Positions 59,744 to 64,000 of a DNA stretch of 64,000 bases are shown one piece after another; position 1 is the stretch's first letter; every line of letters starts with the position of its first letter. Origin of the DNA: the human T2T-CHM13v2.0 reference genome, Homo sapiens; assembly GCF_009914755.1 (NCBI RefSeq), contig NC_060925.1; one strand, given 5' to 3'. The position numbers and the translations under genes were made by a program. The notes beneath the pieces are model-generated. The model was not told the DNA's origin. It worked only from the letters and a program-made list of their open reading frames with translations, and did no database searches.

Positions 59744-62099
59744 ATGCCCAATGCTAGGCAGTTTGGTGAACTGTCCGTTACATATTCATTTCAATTGGTG
59801 CAGTGGTGGGATTACCTTGCAGTGGGAGCTATCAGAAGTGACACAAGAGGAACAGGGAACAGATAGCTATTCCTTTAATGGCAGCATGGTGGAAGGCAGG
59901 TGGAGTTTGTGATTTTTGTGAGTGGGGGTTGGGGGCTGTCTTTGGACTGAGGCTTCATTTTTTCCCTTTATGTCTCTAGCCTTATCACTAGTTTCAAAAT
60001 GGGTGTAATAGGACTTGTGTTGTCTGCCGTGCTGTTCTTATGTGAATTTCTTACAGCATGTATGTATGTTGGAGAAAAGGATGTGCATTATCCATCAAGG
60101 CTTCTAATTTGACTAGGCTTAGATATTTTTTAAAAATGTTACTCATAGTTTAAGTGTTTTAAATTTCATCATAACAGCCTGAAAAAATCAGTATTTCTCA
60201 GCAAATACTGGAGCTGTTATATTTGAATTTACTTTTCAAGAGCTTATTAAGAATAATTTCAGGCATATTAATAACAATAACTTCCCTTAATATTTATGTA
60301 GAATTTCAGAATTTCTCTAAGTTAAGATAATAAACTAGCTAAACAAAGTAAATTTGTTTGCTTTGGCCCCACCCTGCCATTTCTATATGTTTTTACTCTT
60401 TGCGCATCTCCTCTCTCCCAGGCGCCTGGACTTTCATATCTTCCTAGCACCTTGAAAGCCTTTGCAAGAGCATCTGATAAGTTCATTTACACTCAGATAC
60501 AAGTAACTGATACATTTTAAAGTGTTTAATATCGCAAAGGTCTTTGAATTTTAGCAGAGAAAATGAGAGGCCGTATATGTTACAGAGATCAATCTCTACT
60601 AGTGGAGTTTTCTGTTGGGAAAGTGAGGGGGCTTTGCTTTTGCTTTTCTTCTTGTTTGTTTGCTTTTAATCTGTAGGGGCTTTTTCAAGCTCTTAAAATT
60701 ACACCACCTATGTGGCTACAGCTCTGCTTCTACCCAGGGTTAGCACCTAATGGTAATTCCATCTTCAGTAAGTTCGGAGTGCTTTATAAATTATTTCTGT
60801 TCTTTAAAGCACTCTACTTGTAGCAAACAGACAGCAATTACATCTGTTTGACAGCTGATGAAACAAATACAACATTTTAGAGAAGCAAAATAACATTTGA
60901 AAGCACCTGGAAAGGTGTTAATGCATTATACAAATAAAAATTTTGATTGGTAAATTGTTTAAGACCTCACAATTTAAGCAGGCTCACTAAATTTTTAATC
61001 AAGATACTAATGTATAATGGATAGGGAAAGTAGGAGGAGTTAATACTGAAATGTTTTAAGAATGATCCAGGTTAAGAATTCTATTTATTTGAGTGCCCAA
61101 GTTAAACCATCATTTTTATTTTTTAGGTTTTTGGGTGCTTGAGAATGGAAGGGTGATATTGTAAACTGTCAAATGGCCAATGCCAAGGTGAAAATGTCCA
61201 CATTATATAGATAAGCTTACACCTGAATGAGCTTCTCATTAATGACCACTTTAGAGAGAAAATGGATGGCAGCTCCTCACGAATAACTTGGGTAATTGAA
61301 AGAAATGCTGCCAAGGAAAACAACTACTATGTGTTACTGGTTCTACTGGAACCCTGTTAACATACTTCCTCAAACAGTTTCCTGAAAGAGCCAAATTCCT
61401 GAATGGTAATCTGACCAAAACACTAAACAACTCCTGTGGTTAAAACAGAATCCACAGGATTCTGTTTTCATTAGAGGAAGTACTAAGGTCAAGATTTGTA
61501 AACTACAACTAAATTATGAAAATGATTCTTCTTCCTAGTATTCAGGCACTCAAGAGTTCTGAAAAAATGCAGTGTTATGTGACTTCTTCAATTATGTAAT
61601 TTGTTTAGATAGATTGTTTAGGAAGTGCCTCATTTTATTTGATTCTCATATGAAAAAGAATATTCTTATCTGTTACAATTTTTTTAAAAGAGAAAAGCAT
61701 AAAGTTACTAAAAAATAAAATCTTTTCTTATCATACAGAGACCTCAGAAATTTATCATTTTCATGAGATAAATCACTTCCCTATTCATAGACTGTTTTAA
61801 TATGGGAAATTGTCGATTATATTTTAAATATAAGTAAAATATTACTAATTTTTGTACCATTAACAAAAACATATTACTCCACCAATACCTACTTCTAGTT
61901 TAAGCTCAGTATATAAATAGAAATGTTAGGCCTGGGTTCTTCCTTTGAGGACAAGGATCAAGAATCCACCAAGGGTAGGGTGGGGAGTGTGGAATTGCAA
62001 GTGCAGGCATAAGAAGGGGTAGCAAATAAACACATGAAAAGATACTCAACATCAGTAGTCTTGAGGGAAATAAAAATTAAAACCATAACCAGGTATTAT

Positions 62100-62400
62100 T
62101 TTGTGTTCGTTTGAGACAGGCTCTCCTGCTGTCAGCCAAGCTGGAGTGCAGTAAAATGATCATTGCTTACTGTAGCCTGGACTTCCCAAGCTTGAGCAAT
62201 CCTCCCACCTCAGCCTCCTGAATATATGGGACCACAGGCACATGCCAGCATGCCTGGCTAATGAAATTTTTTTTTTTTTTTGTAGAGACAAGGTCTTGCC
62301 ATGTTGCCAGGGTTGGTCTTGAACTCCTGGGCTCAAGCCGTTCTCCTGTCTTGGTTTCCCAAAGTGCTGGGATTACAGGAGTGAACCACTGCACCTGGCC
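62100..62400 (-). mobile_element. Alu (AluJ-like)
   Basis: Dimeric antisense Alu ending gcacctggcc. Confidence 0.93.
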
Positions 62401-62726
62401 TCACAATGATGTATTATTATACACCTATTAGTATGTCTAAAATTAAAAAGACTGACCATACAAAGTGTTGACTAGGATGCGGAGGAACTGGAACTCTTAC
62501 ACACTGTTGGTGTCAAATGTAAAATGGCACAACCACTTTGGAAAAGAGTTTTGCACTTTCTCAAAAAGTTACACATGTACCATATGACCCAGCCAATCCA
62601 CTCCAAGGTACAGTATTTACCCAAGAGAAATGGATGCATTTGTCCTCACAACAACTTGAATACAAATAGCCAGAAACTGGAAACAACACAAATGATCATC
62701 AACAAGCGAATGGACAAACATATTGT

Positions 62727-62852
62727 GGAACATTCATGCAATGGAATACAACTTAGCAATAAAAAGGAATTATGTGCTCAATGGCTGGGGGAACATTCAT
62801 ACAATGGAATACAACTTAGCAATAAAAAGGAATTATGTGCTCAGTGGCTGGG
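62727..62852. repeat. 63-bp tandem duplication inside L1M
   Basis: ggaacattcat(g/a)caatggaatacaacttagcaataaaaaggaattatgtgctca(a/g)tggctggg twice. Confidence 0.93.
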
Positions 62853-62921
62853 GTGAATCTCAAAATAATGATGCAGCGTGAAAGAAGCCAGAAAAAAAAG
62901 AGTATATATAGTATGATTCTG

Positions 62922-63283
62922 CAGATGGTCTCCAACTTACAGGGTTCAGCTTAACAAATTGTTGACTTTATGATGGTGTGAAAGCAATATGCATTCGGTA
63001 GAAACTATAATTTAAATTTTTATCTTTTCTGGTCTAGTGATATGTGGTAGGATACTTGGCAGTCAGTCAACCATGAGATCATGAGGTAAACACTGATATT
63101 CTTCAGCATACTGTGTTACTAGATGATTTTGCCCAATTGTGCACTAATGAAAGTGTTCTGAGCGCATTTATAGTAGGCTAGGCTTGGTAGGTTCAGCATA
63201 TTAAACGCACTTTTGACTTAAAATATTTTCAACTTATGATGGATTTATTAGGACATAACTTCATTGTAAGTCAGGGGCATCTG
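62922..63283. mobile_element. MER47A-like Tigger MITE
   Basis: TIRs cagatggtctccaacttac / gtaagtcaggggcatctg, followed by TA. Confidence 0.85.
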
Positions 63284-63604
63284 TATTTATATAAAAATAT
63301 AGAAAATGCAAATTAACCTATAGTGACACAAAGCCCATTAGTGGTTTTTGGTGGAGGATGGGAAATGGTTCTGTGAGGAAGAAGGAATTACCAAGGAGCA
63401 TGATTAAACTTTTTGGGGTGATGAAAATGTTCTTTAACTTGGTTATAATGATGGTTTCTCAGGGGTACACACGTGTGTACTTACAAATTGTTCACTTTAA
63501 ATATGTGTACTTTATTGTATATCAATTATACCACAATAAAGCTATGAAAATATGTGTCCATATGCCATATCGCTCTAATTTTGTGGCTTAATCATATGCA
63601 AAAA

Positions 63605-63656
63605 CTCCTCATCTTCCTCTTCCTCCTCCTCCTCCTTCTCCTCCTCTTCCTCCTCC
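63605..63656. repeat. (CTC)n/(CTT)n repeat
   Basis: ctcctcatcttcctcttcctcctcctcctccttctcctcctcttcctcctcc. Confidence 0.9.
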
Positions 63657-64000
63657 ATTTTTTGGATGGGGAAAGGAGGGTGTGCTGTGTCGTCTGGTCA
63701 TGCTTTGATTTCTGTTCTCTGGGTTTCCCAAACACATTAGGTAATAAAGACAACATGACTAATTACATACATTTTTTTAAAGGCTAAATTCTCTTTAAGA
63801 TATTGTAAACTCTATTTGCCTCATATTTGTTCAGTACTTACTTCAAATAATAAAACCTGGTGGTTGCTTTATCAGTTCTAATGATCCTGGTGACTGACAT
63901 TCCCTCCTGTTCTTTTACCTAAGACATGATGATTACTTTGATAAAACACACACTTTGATCTCAAGGTAGGGAAGATGCAAATCTCATATTCTGAACTCTC

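Larger units (their letters stand above)
62018..63550 (+). mobile_element. Ancient L1M (L1MB/MC-like) 3' end, interrupted by Alu and MER47
   Basis: gcaaataaacacatgaaaagatactcaacatc...ggcacaaccactttggaaa...caattataccacaataaagct. Confidence 0.85.

Overview
Primate (very probably human) genomic DNA lying entirely inside the dynamin-3 gene (DNM3, + strand). The only host coding sequence is a 74-bp exon at 34354-34427 encoding [24 protein letters not shown] (GTPase domain, G2/switch-I region; exon 2 by analogy with the DNM1/2/3 gene structure). The rest is intron 1 and intron 2, filled with about 25 Alus, several L1s (mostly antisense), L2/MIR remnants, MaLR and ERV1 solo LTRs, DNA-transposon MITEs and microsatellites. 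Apart from the L1 ORF2 remnants, the ORF track shows no recognisable genes. I see no new multi-gene system. The best findings are retrotransposition fossils and local structure: (1) a TSD-flanked L1PA 3' transduction carrying about 670 bp of foreign DNA (6494-9287); (2) a nested L1 stack at 35.1-43.9 kb with a twin-primed L1MB, an internally deleted/inverted L1PA12/13-like element and two Alus at one nick site; (3) a 15-nt mini-transduction and a 13-nt poly(A)/TSD micro-insertion; (4) two diverged local duplications of apparently non-repeat DNA; (5) a candidate poison exon; (6) a perfect 12-bp hairpin. Repeat subfamily names are from memory of consensus sequences and boundaries of old repeats are approximate.
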